This document shows positions 1 to 8,995 of a stretch of 32,000 bases of DNA, piece after piece. Position numbers and translations under genes: made by a program. Position 1 is the stretch's first letter; the number at the start of each line of letters is the position of its first letter. Location: assembly GCF_000420045.1 (NCBI RefSeq), contig NZ_ATUE01000007.1, forward strand, positions 141,202-173,201, given 5' to 3'. Source of the stretch: Perlucidibaca piscinae DSM 21586. GTDB taxonomy: Bacteria > Pseudomonadota > Gammaproteobacteria > Pseudomonadales > Moraxellaceae. The notes below the pieces were generated by a model. That model did no database searches. It was not told the DNA's origin and saw only the letters and a list, made by a program, of their open reading frames with translations.

Positions 1-1161
1 GGCGTCGCCCAGCAGCGAGGCCGGCGTCCAGAAGCCGCCGGGGCGTCCGGCCATGTCCTGCGCCAGGCAGGCAGCGGCTTCGCCAAGCATGCGCGCGGTG
101 GCGCCGTAGCCCGGGTCGCGTTCCCCGGTGACGCGTGCCGTGAGCCGGTGTCCGGCGTCATCGCGGCCGTGGAAGGTGAGTTCGAAGCGGCCGTTGCGCT
201 GCTCCTCGGGGGACGGGCCTTCGCCGGGCTTGGGCAGCACATGCCGGCTCAGCAGACGGCGCACCGGTCCGATGGCGGCGCCTGCCACGAAGCCGCCGAG
301 TGCGGCCGTGAATCCGGTTGCCATGGCCAGGCCCCGGACCCCGCTGCCGGTGGCCCAGGCCTCGTCATAGGCCAGATCCTGCCCCCAGCGCCAGCCGCTG
401 AGCGCATTGCTGCGGTGCACGACGCGGGTGTTGATGGCGGCCATGATGAAGGGTGCCAGCCAGTTGTCGCTGAAGGCGTCACGGGTTGGGCGCAGCACCT
501 CGGTCTGGCGGGCACCGCCGCTGATGCCGGCGAGCAGGTGCGGATTGCGGATGTCACGAGCCAGCGCGGGGTTGTCAGCCAGTTCCTGGAAGAAGTTGAC
601 CATGCTGGCGACGGTGCCGCCGGAGACACCACCGGTCAGGCGCACGCGCATGCTGACCTGGCGCAGCGGCTGGCCGAAACGGGCAATGGCGGCTTCCTGC
701 AGGAAGCGCATGCCGAGGTCGGAGGGTATCGAGTCGAAGCCGCAGGCATGCACGATGCGCGCCCCGGTGCGCTGGGCAGTCGCCTCGTGCGCGGTGATCA
801 TGCGCCGCATCCACTGTACTTCGCCGGTGAGGTCGCAGTAGTCGGTGCCGGTGTCGGCGCATGCCGCGACCAGCGTGCTGCCATAGAGGGCGTAGGGCCC
901 GACGGTGGAGACGATGACGCGGGCCTGCTCGCAAAGCCGGTGCAGCGCGGCGGCATCGCTGCTGTCGGCCACCAGCAGGGGCAGGCCGGCAGCGCGCTCG
1001 CCGAGGCTGTCGCGCACGGCGCGCAGGCGCGACTCGCTGCGTCCGGCCAGCGCCCAGCGCAACTCGCCATCGGCGCCATGGCGCTCCCAGAGGTGACGAA
1101 CCAGGATCTGGCCGACGAAACTGCTGGCGCCGAACACGATGACATCAAGCGGGCGGGACAT
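1..1161 (-). CDS. saccharopine dehydrogenase-like NAD(P)-binding oxidoreductase (SCCPDH / trans-acting enoyl reductase family); C-terminus runs off the left edge
   Basis: It is absent from the ORF track because it has no stop codon inside the window. My reverse-strand translation from the ATG at 1161-1159 stays open to position 1 (387 codons): MSRPLDVIVFGASSFVGQILVRHLWERHG..LRWALAGRSESRL..VIVSTVGPYALYGSTLVAACADTGTDYCDLTGEVQWMRRMI..IVHACGFDSIPSDLG. The GxSxxxG Rossmann N-terminus and the GFDSIPSDLG block are typical of this family. The + strand ORF 148..1260 is its antisense shadow. Confidence 0.75.
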   Translation of the reverse strand, partial: MSRPLDVIVFGASSFVGQILVRHLWERHGADGELRWALAGRSESRLRAVRDSLGERAAGLPLLVADSSDAAALHRLCEQARVIVSTVGPYALYGSTLVAACADTGTDYCDLTGEVQWMRRMITAHEATAQRTGARIVHACGFDSIPSDLGMRFLQEAAIARFGQPLRQVSMRVRLTGGVSGGTVASMVNFFQELADNPALARDIRNPHLLAGISGGARQTEVLRPTRDAFSDNWLAPFIMAAINTRVVHRSNALSGWRWGQDLAYDEAWATGSGVRGLAMATGFTAALGGFVAGAAIGPVRRLLSRHVLPKPGEGPSPEEQRNGRFELTFHGRDDAGHRLTARVTGERDPGYGATARMLGEAAACLAQDMAGRPGGFWTPASLLGDA

Positions 1162-1217
1162 GGCGCGACTCCTGCGACAAAGGGATGTTGCACGCTAGCA
1201 GGCCGGGGGTGTCCGAC

Positions 1218-1736
1218 TCAAGTCGACGTGCTGGCGCGCAGGTCGCGGGCCGTGAGATAGAGCCGGCAGTCGAACTCGACCTGGGCATAGCCGGGCAGCA
1301 TGTGTTCGCAGAGCTGGTAGAACGCCTTGTTGTGCTCGCGCTCGCGGCAGTGAGCGAGCTCGTGCACGGCGATCATGCGCAGGAACTCGGCCGGCGCCTC
1401 GCGGAAAAGGCTGGCAATGCGGATTTCCTGACGGGCCTTGAGCTGGCCGCCATGCACCCGGCTGGCACGGGTATGCAGGCCTAGGGCGTTGTGCAGCACG
1501 TCCAGGGTGTTGTCGTAGCGCACCCGCGCCAGTGGCGGCGCGTGTCGCAGATGGCGCTGGCGGAGGCTGTTCAGGTAGTCGAAGAGGGCACGGTCGCTCT
1601 GGATGTCGTGCGGGTCCGGGTAGCGCGACTGCAGATAGCCGGCCAGTTCGTCACGGGCGATGAGCTGGCGCACCCGGGCCAGCAGGTGCTCGGGGTAGCC
1701 ATGCAGATAGGGCAGGGGCTGGGTCATGCGCGGCAT
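1218..1736 (-). CDS. YgjP-like / DUF45 (M48-type) zinc metallohydrolase
   Basis: 172-aa ORF with the C-terminal motif VHELAHCREREHNKAF (HExxH plus a downstream His), as in YgjP/DUF45 proteins. It is divergent from the ABC transporter gene. Confidence 0.75.
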   Translation of the reverse strand: MPRMTQPLPYLHGYPEHLLARVRQLIARDELAGYLQSRYPDPHDIQSDRALFDYLNSLRQRHLRHAPPLARVRYDNTLDVLHNALGLHTRASRVHGGQLKARQEIRIASLFREAPAEFLRMIAVHELAHCREREHNKAFYQLCEHMLPGYAQVEFDCRLYLTARDLRASTST

Positions 1737-1805
1737 GATCGTTGTCCGGTGCCGGTAGCGTCAACAGGCTGCTAGAGTAGCGTTTTGCCTGACCGGATGC
1801 GCCGC

Positions 1806-3641
1806 ATGCTTGGCTGGTTCGAACGCCGCCTGGACCCGTTTCCCCCCGAGGACCCTGTCGAGCCGCCGCGCACGCTGGTGGCCTTCTGCCGCCACTACAC
1901 GCGCGGCAGCGAGCCCTGGCTGCTGGTGTCGGCGCTGCTGATGGCGGTGATCGCCATAGCCGAGGTCTGGCTCTTCGGTTTCATGGGCAACATCGTGACC
2001 TGGCTGGCCGATCAGGATCCGCGTCTGCTCTGGCAGCAGCGTGGCAATGAGCTGCTGGTGATGCTGGCGGTGATCCTGGCGCTGCCCCTGCTGGTCGGCC
2101 TGCACGCCATGCTCAATCACCAGACGCTGATGGGCAACTACCCCATGCGCATCCGCTGGATGGTGCACCGCTACCTGCTGCGCCAGTCCATGAGTTTCTA
2201 CCAGAACGAGTTCGCCGGCCGCATCGCCACCAAGCTGATGCAGACCGCGCTGGCGGTGCGCGAGTGCGTGATCAAGCTCATCGACGTGCTCAACTACGTG
2301 GCGGTGTACTTCCTGGGTACCGTGGTGCTGGTCGGCAGCTCGGACTGGCGCCTGGCACTGCCGCTGCTGGCCTGGCTGGCCGCCTACGTGCTCATGCTGG
2401 CGCATTTCGTGCCGCGTCTGCGCGCGGTGTCCGGCGAGCAGGCCGATGCCCGCTCGCTGATGACCGGGCGCATCGTTGACAGCTACACCAACATCCAGAC
2501 CGTGAAGCTGTTCTCGCACGCGCGCCGCGAGTCAGCCTACGCGCGCGAGGGCATGGGCGAGTTCATGACCACGGTGTATGCGCAGATGCGCCTGGTGACC
2601 CGCCTCATCTTCACCCTTTACGTGCTCAACACTGCCCTGCTGCTGGCGGTGGCGGCCGTGGCCCTGCAGCTGTGGCTGGCCGGCGAGCTGGCGGTGGGTG
2701 CCATCGCCGTGGCACTGGCGCTGGTGCTGCGCCTGTCCGGCATGTCGCAGTGGATCATGTGGGAGGTGTCGGCACTGTTCGAGAACATCGGCACCGTGCA
2801 GGACGGCATGGGGTCGATCTCGCGCCCGCAGGAGGTCATGGACCTGCCGCAGGCGCTGCCGCTGCAGGTCAGCCGGGGTGACATCCGCTTCGAGCAGGTG
2901 CGCTTCGGCTATGGCAACGGACGTACCGTGTTCGATGGCCTGGACCTGCACATACGGCCCGGTGAGCGCGTCGGTCTGGTGGGGCCGTCCGGGGCTGGCA
3001 AGTCGACGCTGGTCAACCTGCTGCTGCGTTTCCATGACCTTGACCACGGTCGCATCCTCATCGACGGACAGGACATTGCGCAGGTCACCCAGGAGTCGTT
3101 GCGCGCGCAGATCGGCATGGTGACCCAGGACACCTCGCTGCTGCACCGGTCGGTGCGTGACAACCTGCTTTACGGCCGCCCGGATGCCAGTGACGAGGCC
3201 ATGGTGGCGGCGGCACGCCAGGCCCAGGCGCATGACTTCATCCTCGGTCTGCACGACGCGCGCGGCCGTCGCGGCTACGACGCCCACGTCGGCGAGCGTG
3301 GCGTGACCCTGTCCGGCGGACAGCGCCAGCGCATCGCCATTGCCCGCGTCATGCTCAAGGACGCTCCCGTGCTGCTGCTCGACGAGGCCACCTCGGCACT
3401 GGACTCCGAGGTCGAAGCCGCCATCCAGGACAACCTGTACCGGCTGATGGCGGGCAAGACCGTGATTGCCATCGCCCACCGGCTGTCGACCATTGCGGCC
3501 ATGGACCGGCTGGTGGTGCTGGATCAGGGGCGCATCGTCGAGTCCGGCAGCCATGACGAACTGCTGACGCTGGGTGGCGTCTATGCGCGGCTGTGGGCGC
3601 ACCAGTCCGGCGGCTTTCTGGTCGAGGCCAGGGAGGCCTGA
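1806..3641 (+). CDS. ABC transporter, fused permease/ATP-binding protein (ABCB-type exporter half-transporter)
   Basis: The ORF 1785..3641 opens with TTG. The in-frame ATGs at 1797 and 1806 (MLGWFERRLDPFP) are more likely starts. It has an N-terminal multi-helix membrane domain, Walker A GPSGAGKST, signature LSGGQRQRIA and Walker B VLLLDEATSALD. Confidence 0.9.
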   Translation: MLGWFERRLDPFPPEDPVEPPRTLVAFCRHYTRGSEPWLLVSALLMAVIAIAEVWLFGFMGNIVTWLADQDPRLLWQQRGNELLVMLAVILALPLLVGLHAMLNHQTLMGNYPMRIRWMVHRYLLRQSMSFYQNEFAGRIATKLMQTALAVRECVIKLIDVLNYVAVYFLGTVVLVGSSDWRLALPLLAWLAAYVLMLAHFVPRLRAVSGEQADARSLMTGRIVDSYTNIQTVKLFSHARRESAYAREGMGEFMTTVYAQMRLVTRLIFTLYVLNTALLLAVAAVALQLWLAGELAVGAIAVALALVLRLSGMSQWIMWEVSALFENIGTVQDGMGSISRPQEVMDLPQALPLQVSRGDIRFEQVRFGYGNGRTVFDGLDLHIRPGERVGLVGPSGAGKSTLVNLLLRFHDLDHGRILIDGQDIAQVTQESLRAQIGMVTQDTSLLHRSVRDNLLYGRPDASDEAMVAAARQAQAHDFILGLHDARGRRGYDAHVGERGVTLSGGQRQRIAIARVMLKDAPVLLLDEATSALDSEVEAAIQDNLYRLMAGKTVIAIAHRLSTIAAMDRLVVLDQGRIVESGSHDELLTLGGVYARLWAHQSGGFLVEAREA

Positions 3642-3814
3642 TATCCATCCACGGCCGGATTTCTGTCCGGGTTGTGTAAGCTGCTTCGGAGTTGCGTAAG
3701 GTCAGGGGGCATTTGGTAGCGCCGGCTCAAGTTGGCACCCTGACTGCACGATCTCTTCTGTGAAAGCCCTGGCGGTTCGGACCGTCAGAACGTTGACACT
3801 GGAGGAGATGCATC

Positions 3815-3973
3815 ATGAAGACATTCATTCAGAAGCTCGACAGCAACCTCTGCCTCTGCTTCTGCATGATGAAAGGCTTCATCCGGCTGATTGACCAGAT
3901 GGAGCTGGAGGATGTGGCTCACGTGGTCACCGAGAGCCGCAAGGCCCGCGCCGGCTGGACCGACTGGCAGTGA
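3815..3973 (+). CDS. hypothetical small protein (52 aa)
   Basis: This ORF is below the ORF-track length cutoff. The ATG at 3815 is preceded by GGAGGAG (3801-3807). Translation is MKTFIQKLDSNLCLCFCMMKGFIRLIDQMELEDVAHVVTESRKARAGWTDWQ*. Third codon positions are mostly G/C, matching host codon bias. I recognise no family. Confidence 0.35.
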   Translation: MKTFIQKLDSNLCLCFCMMKGFIRLIDQMELEDVAHVVTESRKARAGWTDWQ

Positions 3974-4003
3974 CGGTCACGGGCCGGCGCAGCAGGTGCC
4001 GGA

Positions 4004-5365
4004 TCAGGCCTGCTCGAGCTCGACCAGACCTTCCTCGAGGTACTTGAGCAGACGCTGCATGTGCGGCAGCGTGCGACGGCAGGCAATGATGCCGATCTCG
4101 AGCTTGTCGACGTAGCTGAACACCGTGATGTTGGTGGCCTGGCCATCCATCGCGATCGACACCGGATAGATGCCTTCCAGTTTCGCCCCGTTGAAGTACA
4201 GGGTCTGACGCGGCCCGGGCACATTCGAAATCACGATGTTGAACGCCTGCCAGGTCGGTGCAATGCCCGTGGCCATGTTGATGCCGCTGATCGACATGGC
4301 CGTGCCCACGTAATTCATGATCTCCAGCTGTGTCATGTCGGCGAAGCGGGTCTTGCTGTTCTGCACCGAGCGTCCGATGGCCGCCAGCCGCTCGAGCGGG
4401 TCGGCGATCTGCGTGGCCAGGTTGGCGAGTACCATGCCGATCTGGTTGCCGGCATCGGAGTCGTCACGTCGCAACGACATCGGCACCATGGCCACCAGCG
4501 GCTCGGCGGGCAGGGCGCCCAGCTCGTCAAGATACTTGCGCAGCGCCGAGGCGCACACGGCCAGCACGGCGTCGTTGAGCGTGCACTGGTGGCGCTGGCT
4601 GACGGCCTTGAAACGCTCCAGCTGCCAGGACTGCGCGGCGAACCGTCGCGAGGCGCTGATGCGCTGGTTGAGGATGGTCTTGGGTGCCTGGAACACCGAT
4701 ACATAGTCGGGATCCTTTCCACGGGAACGGATCGACTTGACCAGCTCGGTCGACACCTTGGGCCAGGTCGCGGCCTGGGCCTTCATGGTGGCGGCGAGAC
4801 GAGCCGCCTTGGAAATCGGCTTGGTGACTTGCTCGACCATGCTGGTTTCGCGTTTCGGCTTTTCCAGTGCCCAGAACGGCGCCACACCACGCAGGTCAGG
4901 ATCCGTGCTGAAACTTTTCTGCAGCATGCGCATGCCGGCGATGCCATCCATCATGGCGTGATGGATGCGGCTGTAGACGGCGATGCGGCCATCCTCGATG
5001 CCGTCGATCAGGTAGCACTCCCAGAGCGGCTTGGCACGGTCCATGAGGCCGCTGTGCAGCTTGCCGACCAGGCTCAGCAGCTCGCGGATGCGGCCTGGCT
5101 TGGGCAGGGTCAGGTGCTGGACATGCGCCTCGAGGTCGAAGTCCTTGTCCTCGACCCAGAACGGCACGCCGAGCTTGTAGCTCAGGCGCTGGTTGAACGG
5201 CGGTTGCGCGACCGTGGCCTTCTCGAAGGTCTCGACCATCCGCTGCACGTAGTCCGGGCCGGCATCCGGTGGCGGTGTCAGCAGCATCAGGCTGCCGACG
5301 TGCATGGGCTGGTTGCGGCGTTCCAGCAGCAGGAACATCTGGTCAGGGAGTGACAGCGGCTTCAT
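4004..5365 (-). CDS. wax ester synthase / acyl-CoA:diacylglycerol acyltransferase (WS/DGAT)
   Basis: 453-aa ORF with the acyltransferase active-site motif HHxxxDG (HHAMMDG). The N-terminus MKPLSLPDQMFLLLERRNQPMHVG is typical of AtfA-type WS/DGAT. Confidence 0.9.
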   Translation of the reverse strand: MKPLSLPDQMFLLLERRNQPMHVGSLMLLTPPPDAGPDYVQRMVETFEKATVAQPPFNQRLSYKLGVPFWVEDKDFDLEAHVQHLTLPKPGRIRELLSLVGKLHSGLMDRAKPLWECYLIDGIEDGRIAVYSRIHHAMMDGIAGMRMLQKSFSTDPDLRGVAPFWALEKPKRETSMVEQVTKPISKAARLAATMKAQAATWPKVSTELVKSIRSRGKDPDYVSVFQAPKTILNQRISASRRFAAQSWQLERFKAVSQRHQCTLNDAVLAVCASALRKYLDELGALPAEPLVAMVPMSLRRDDSDAGNQIGMVLANLATQIADPLERLAAIGRSVQNSKTRFADMTQLEIMNYVGTAMSISGINMATGIAPTWQAFNIVISNVPGPRQTLYFNGAKLEGIYPVSIAMDGQATNITVFSYVDKLEIGIIACRRTLPHMQRLLKYLEEGLVELEQA

Positions 5366-5446
5366 GGGCAGGCTCCGGGCGTTGCGACGCCTCTTGTTTT
5401 CGCGTGAAAAATGACCGGCAGCGGGTGGCAGGTCAGCCGGTGCGCA

Positions 5447-7354
5447 TCACATGCGCACCTGGGTTCCCATTTCTACCACGCGGTTGCCGGGAATGTGGAA
5501 AAAGTCGGTCGCCGACACGGCATTGCGGGCCATGGCCACGAACAGCTTCTGACGCCACAGCGACATGCCGTTCTGGCCGGTGGGCAGGATGCGTTCGCGC
5601 GACAGGAAGAAGCTGGTGTCCATGAGGTCGAACTCCAGACCCTGACCACGACACAGCTCCAGCAGCTCGAGCATGTCGGGCTGCTCCTTGAAACCGTAGG
5701 CGGCGGTAACCAGGTAGAACTCGTGGCCGATACGCTCGATGCGCAGGCGCTCGACATCGTCGACGAAGGGCACGTCGCGGGTCACCAGCGTCATCAGCAC
5801 ATTGCGCTCATGCAGCACCTTGTTGTGCTTCATGTTGTGCAGCAGCGCATGCGGCACGTACTGGTGCGAACCGGTCATGAACACGGCCGTGCCCGGCACG
5901 CTCTGCCCGATGTCGCCGCCGATGCTGTTGATGAACAGATTGAGCGGCATGGTCTCGGCGCCGAGACGGCTGGCTAGCATGTCGCGGCCCTGCTTCCAGG
6001 TCAGCATGAGCAGGAAGGCGCTCATGCCGATGGCCAGCGGGAACCAGCCGCCTTCGACGATCTTCAGCGAGGTGGCTGCGAAGAAGGCGAAGTCGATGAG
6101 CAGGAAGGGCAGGGCCACGGCGACGGCCACCGCCGGGTGCCATCCCCAGAGCTTGTGCGCCACCACCAGCAGCAGCAGGGCGTCACAGATCATGGTCATG
6201 GTCACCGCTATGCCGTAGGCCGCCGCCAGGTTGCTGGAGGTCTTGAAAGTCAGCACCAGCAGCAGGATGGTGAAGAGCAGCGTCCAGTTGAAGAAGGGAA
6301 TGTAGATCTGGCCCATCTCGCGGTCGGAGGTGTGACGGATCTGGAAGCGCGGCAGATAGCCCAGCAGCATGGCCTGGCGGGCGATCGAGAACACGCCCGA
6401 GATCACCGCCTGCGAGGCGATCACCGTGGCCAGCGTCGACAGCACGATGAGCGGCACCAGGCCCCACTCCGGCACCAGCCGGTAGAACGGATTCTCGACC
6501 GCGCTCGGGTCGCGCAGCAGCAGGGCACCCTGGCCGCAGTAGTTCAGCAGCAGGGCCGGGAACACCAGCAGGAACCAGGCACGGCGGATCGGCTTGCGAC
6601 CGAAGTGGCCCATGTCGGCATAGAGCGCTTCGCCACCGGTGATGGTCAGCACCACGGCGCCCAGGGTGATGAATGCCGCCACCGGATGCTCGATGATGAA
6701 ATGCACGGCCCAGTAGGGATTCATCAGCTCCAGCACCTGCGGCAGCTGCTGGATGTTCCAGATGCCGAGCAGTGCCAGGGTGACGAACCAGATCAGCATG
6801 ACCGGCCCGAAGAGGGCACCAATGCTGGCCGTGCCCCGGCGCTGCATGAGGAACAGCGAGATCAGCACGCCGATGGTCACCGGCAGCACGAAGGGCGCCA
6901 TCTGTGGTGACACCACCTCCAGGCCCTCGACCGCCGACAGCACCGAGATGGCTGGCGTGATCATTCCGTCGCCGAAGAACAGGGCGGCCCCGAACAGGCC
7001 GATGCCGATCAGAACCGGACGCAGCCAGGCATGGCGGTAGCGCGCGCGCAGGGCCAGCGCCAGCAGCGCCATGATGCCGCCTTCGCCACGGTTGTCAGCG
7101 CGCATCACGAAGGCGATGTACTTGAGCGACACCACCAGGGTCAGCGACCAGAAGATCATCGACAGGATGCCGACCACGTTGTCATGGGTGATGGGCAGGC
7201 CACGGGCGACGTGGAAACATTCCTTGAGCGCGTAGAGGGGGCTGGTACCGATATCCCCGAAGACGACCCCGAGTGCTCCCAGGGTGAGGGCGAGCTGACG
7301 CTTGACCTGTGCGGCTTCCGCCGGCGATGTGTGCATGTCTTGCCTCAGTGGCAT
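5447..7354 (-). CDS. kup: KUP/HAK/KT family potassium uptake protein
   Basis: 635-aa polytopic ORF with the N-terminal block LGALGVVFGDIGTSPLYALKECF characteristic of Kup. The alternative start M7 (7336) has the better SD (GAGG). Confidence 0.92.
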   Translation of the reverse strand: MPLRQDMHTSPAEAAQVKRQLALTLGALGVVFGDIGTSPLYALKECFHVARGLPITHDNVVGILSMIFWSLTLVVSLKYIAFVMRADNRGEGGIMALLALALRARYRHAWLRPVLIGIGLFGAALFFGDGMITPAISVLSAVEGLEVVSPQMAPFVLPVTIGVLISLFLMQRRGTASIGALFGPVMLIWFVTLALLGIWNIQQLPQVLELMNPYWAVHFIIEHPVAAFITLGAVVLTITGGEALYADMGHFGRKPIRRAWFLLVFPALLLNYCGQGALLLRDPSAVENPFYRLVPEWGLVPLIVLSTLATVIASQAVISGVFSIARQAMLLGYLPRFQIRHTSDREMGQIYIPFFNWTLLFTILLLVLTFKTSSNLAAAYGIAVTMTMICDALLLLVVAHKLWGWHPAVAVAVALPFLLIDFAFFAATSLKIVEGGWFPLAIGMSAFLLMLTWKQGRDMLASRLGAETMPLNLFINSIGGDIGQSVPGTAVFMTGSHQYVPHALLHNMKHNKVLHERNVLMTLVTRDVPFVDDVERLRIERIGHEFYLVTAAYGFKEQPDMLELLELCRGQGLEFDLMDTSFFLSRERILPTGQNGMSLWRQKLFVAMARNAVSATDFFHIPGNRVVEMGTQVRM

Positions 7355-7447
7355 CTCGCCCGGGCGGGCAGGATGCCGTTTTTGCGATGGGCGATTTTAG
7401 CACCGATGCCGTGACGCCGGCCAAGCGGCCCCCCGTTGAAAAAGACT

Positions 7448-7476
7448 TTGCGAAGTCGGGCGGCTTTGGGTAGGAT
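7448..7476 (+). promoter_or_regulatory. candidate sigma70 promoter for tRNA-Ser
   Basis: TTGCGA (7448-7453), a 17-nt spacer and TAGGAT (7471-7476), followed by the GC-rich discriminator TGCGCGCC. It lies about 39 nt upstream of the tRNA 5' end. Confidence 0.45.
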
Positions 7477-7514
7477 TGCGCGCCTTGCCAGCCGTGATAG
7501 GCTGACAAGTCCCC

Positions 7515-7605
7515 GGTGAGGTGTCCGAGTGGTTGAAGGAGCACGCCTGGAAAGCGTGTATACGGTAACCCCGTATCGAGGGTTCGAATCCCTCTCTCAC
7601 CGCCA
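7515..7605 (+). tRNA. tRNA-Ser (anticodon GGA), encoded CCA
   Basis: I folded it by hand. The acceptor is GGTGAGG/TCTCACC. The anticodon stem is CACGC/GCGTG with loop CTGGAAA. The long variable arm is ATACGG/CCGTAT. The T arm is GAGGG-TTCGAAT-CCCTC, followed by G-CCA. Total length is 91 nt. Confidence 0.9.
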
Positions 7606-7611
7606 AACATG

Positions 7612-7654
7612 AAGCCCCTGGTTCTTGCAAAAGAGCCGGGGGCTTTTCGTTTTG
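7612..7654 (+). terminator. rho-independent terminator after tRNA-Ser
   Basis: The stem is AAGCCCC(TGG)...(CCG)GGGGCTT, followed by TTTCGTTTT. Confidence 0.6.
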
Positions 7655-7862
7655 AAATCTCTAAAGAAATCAGCTGCTTATGCTGTGCGCGCCGGTGGAT
7701 TCGAGAGAGCGGAGACACTTCTTGACGTCTATTCAAGGCGAGCGCATCTGTTTTTCTCCGGCGTCTCATTGGGCAGTACGGGTTTGATGAAGCCGTAGCT
7801 GAACCGACCCCATTTCTCTAGACACCCTGTTGCCTCAAAATCCCAAGGCAATGGAGGTCGTC

Positions 7863-8129
7863 ATGACACAGATTCGTTTCACCCAGGAGTTCAAGCAGGA
7901 AGCTGTCCGGCAGGTCGTTGATCGAGGTCATCCGGTCGGCGAGGTCGCGGCTCGTCTCGGGGTTTCGCAGCACAGCCTGTACGCCTGGATCAAGCAGCAC
8001 AACAAGCCAGCGGCGGCGACAGCCGCCGAAGCCGAGATCAAGCGCCTGCAAGCTGAGTTGCGCCGCGTCACCGAGGAGCGCGACATCCTAAAAAAGGCCG
8101 CCGCGTACTTTGCCAGCGAGTCCCGGTAA
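7863..8129 (+). CDS. IS3-family transposase OrfA (HTH)
   Basis: MTQIRFTQEFKQEAVRQVVDRGHPVGEVAARLGVSQHSLYAWIKQH.. followed by a leucine-zipper-like tail. GGAGG sits 5 nt upstream of the ATG at 7863. Confidence 0.85.
   Translation: MTQIRFTQEFKQEAVRQVVDRGHPVGEVAARLGVSQHSLYAWIKQHNKPAAATAAEAEIKRLQAELRRVTEERDILKKAAAYFASESR
8090..8096 (+). promoter_or_regulatory. programmed -1 ribosomal frameshift heptamer A AAA AAG (IS3 orfA/orfB)
   Basis: AAAAAAG lies near the end of orfA. The -1 frame continues into the orfB reading frame (..YAFIHAHEHQHTVTMLCRVMQVQRSGYYAW..). Confidence 0.7.
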
Positions 8130-8798
8130 GGTACGCCTTCATTCACGCCCACGAACACCAGCACACGGTCACCATGCTGTGCCGGGTCATGCAGGTGCAA
8201 CGCAGCGGGTACTACGCCTGGCGAGCCCAGCCGCTGTCGCAGCGCGCACAGGATGACCGTCGTTTGCTCGGCCTGATCAAGCAGTCCTGGCTGGAGAGCG
8301 GAACGGTCTACGGCTATCGCAAGATCACGTCCGACCTTCGCGATTTGGGTGAGCAGGTTGGCAAGAACCGTGTCTTTCGACTCATGCAGTTGGAGCAGCT
8401 GCAGGCGCAACGTGGCTACGACCGCAGACCTCGGCACCATGCTGGCAAGCCCGCAACCATCGTGCCGAACCATCTGCAGCAGGAGTTCACGGTCGACGCG
8501 CCAAACAAGGTCTGGGTGACGGACATCACCTACATCCGCACTCACGAGGGCTGGCTGTATCTGGCCGCCGTCATGGACCTGTTCTCACGCCAGATCGTGG
8601 GCTGGTCGATGGGTGCCCGGATGGAGACGGAGCTGGTGCTGAACGCGTTGCTGATGGCGGTCTGGCGCCGGCGTCCGACGGCTGCGGTGATGATCCATTC
8701 GGATCAGGGCAGCCAGTTCAGCAGTCATGACTGGCAGACGTTCCTGAAGGTGCACAACCTGGTACCCAGCATGAGCCGTCGCGGCAACTGCTGGGACA
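8093..8798 (+). pseudogene. IS3-family transposase OrfB, 5' part (interrupted after ..MSRRGNCWD)
   Basis: DDE integrase-core residues are present (WVTDITYI.., IHSDQGSQFSS..). Homology stops at codon GAC 8795-8797. The ORF-track tail after that point (TQFIMLTEH...) is IS110 left-end sequence. Confidence 0.85.
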
Positions 8799-8817
8799 CT
8801 CAGTTCATTATGCTTAC

Positions 8818-8995
8818 AGAACATCGGACTGATCTGACCCGTGCTGGGATTGGCCTGGCTGCCCTTGCGTTGACCTGTCGATCAGTTCCGATGTTCCCCG
8901 AGCATTGTCGGGCCTATCGCTTGTGACCTAATAGGAGCTTTGTTCTGCACCGTGAGTGTCCTGTCCTGCGAATAGGGTTGACGATGCATCCGAGA
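8818..8995 (+). ncRNA. candidate IS110 bridge RNA (exact ends not determined)
   Basis: There are four guide-like matches. 8842-8849 is identical to the left target flank. 8867-8874 is the reverse complement of the right junction. 8931-8938 is identical to the element's right end. 8953-8961 is the reverse complement of the left junction. See findings. Confidence 0.5.

Noticed and set aside
148-1260. 370-aa + strand ORF (also 249..632, 575..934 and 798..1193 on the - strand)
   Set aside because: The composition is Ala/Gly/His/Asp-rich with no motifs. It lies exactly antisense to a clean saccharopine-dehydrogenase-like reading frame that is open on the minus strand from 1161 to the window edge. 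This is a typical high-GC shadow ORF.
1761-3602. Long minus-strand ORFs 1761..2519 and 2532..3602
   Set aside because: They are antisense shadows of the ABC transporter gene. They are Arg/His/Gln-rich and have no recognisable domains, whereas the plus-strand frame carries Walker A/B and the ABC signature.
4061-5353. 430-aa + strand ORF opposite the WS/DGAT gene
   Set aside because: It is a shadow ORF. The minus-strand frame carries the HHxxxDG motif and a convincing WS/DGAT N-terminus.
5411-6910. + strand ORFs 5411..5977, 5739..6218 and 6137..6910
   Set aside because: They are antisense to kup and have low-complexity His/Gln/Arg-rich translations.
7182-7769. 195-aa minus-strand ORF spanning the tRNA-Ser gene
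   Set aside because: It reads straight through a well-folded tRNA, its promoter and its terminator. It has no coding features.
7655-7799. Possible integrase remnant between the tRNA terminator and the IS3 left end
   Set aside because: I translated all six frames by eye and found no tyrosine-recombinase-like segment. The region is too short and degenerate to call.
8174-8926. ORF-track 250-aa product read as an intact IS3 OrfB
   Set aside because: Only residues up to ..RRGNCWD are transposase. The remaining 43 or so residues are a read-through into the IS110 left end. The true C-terminus resumes at 10072.
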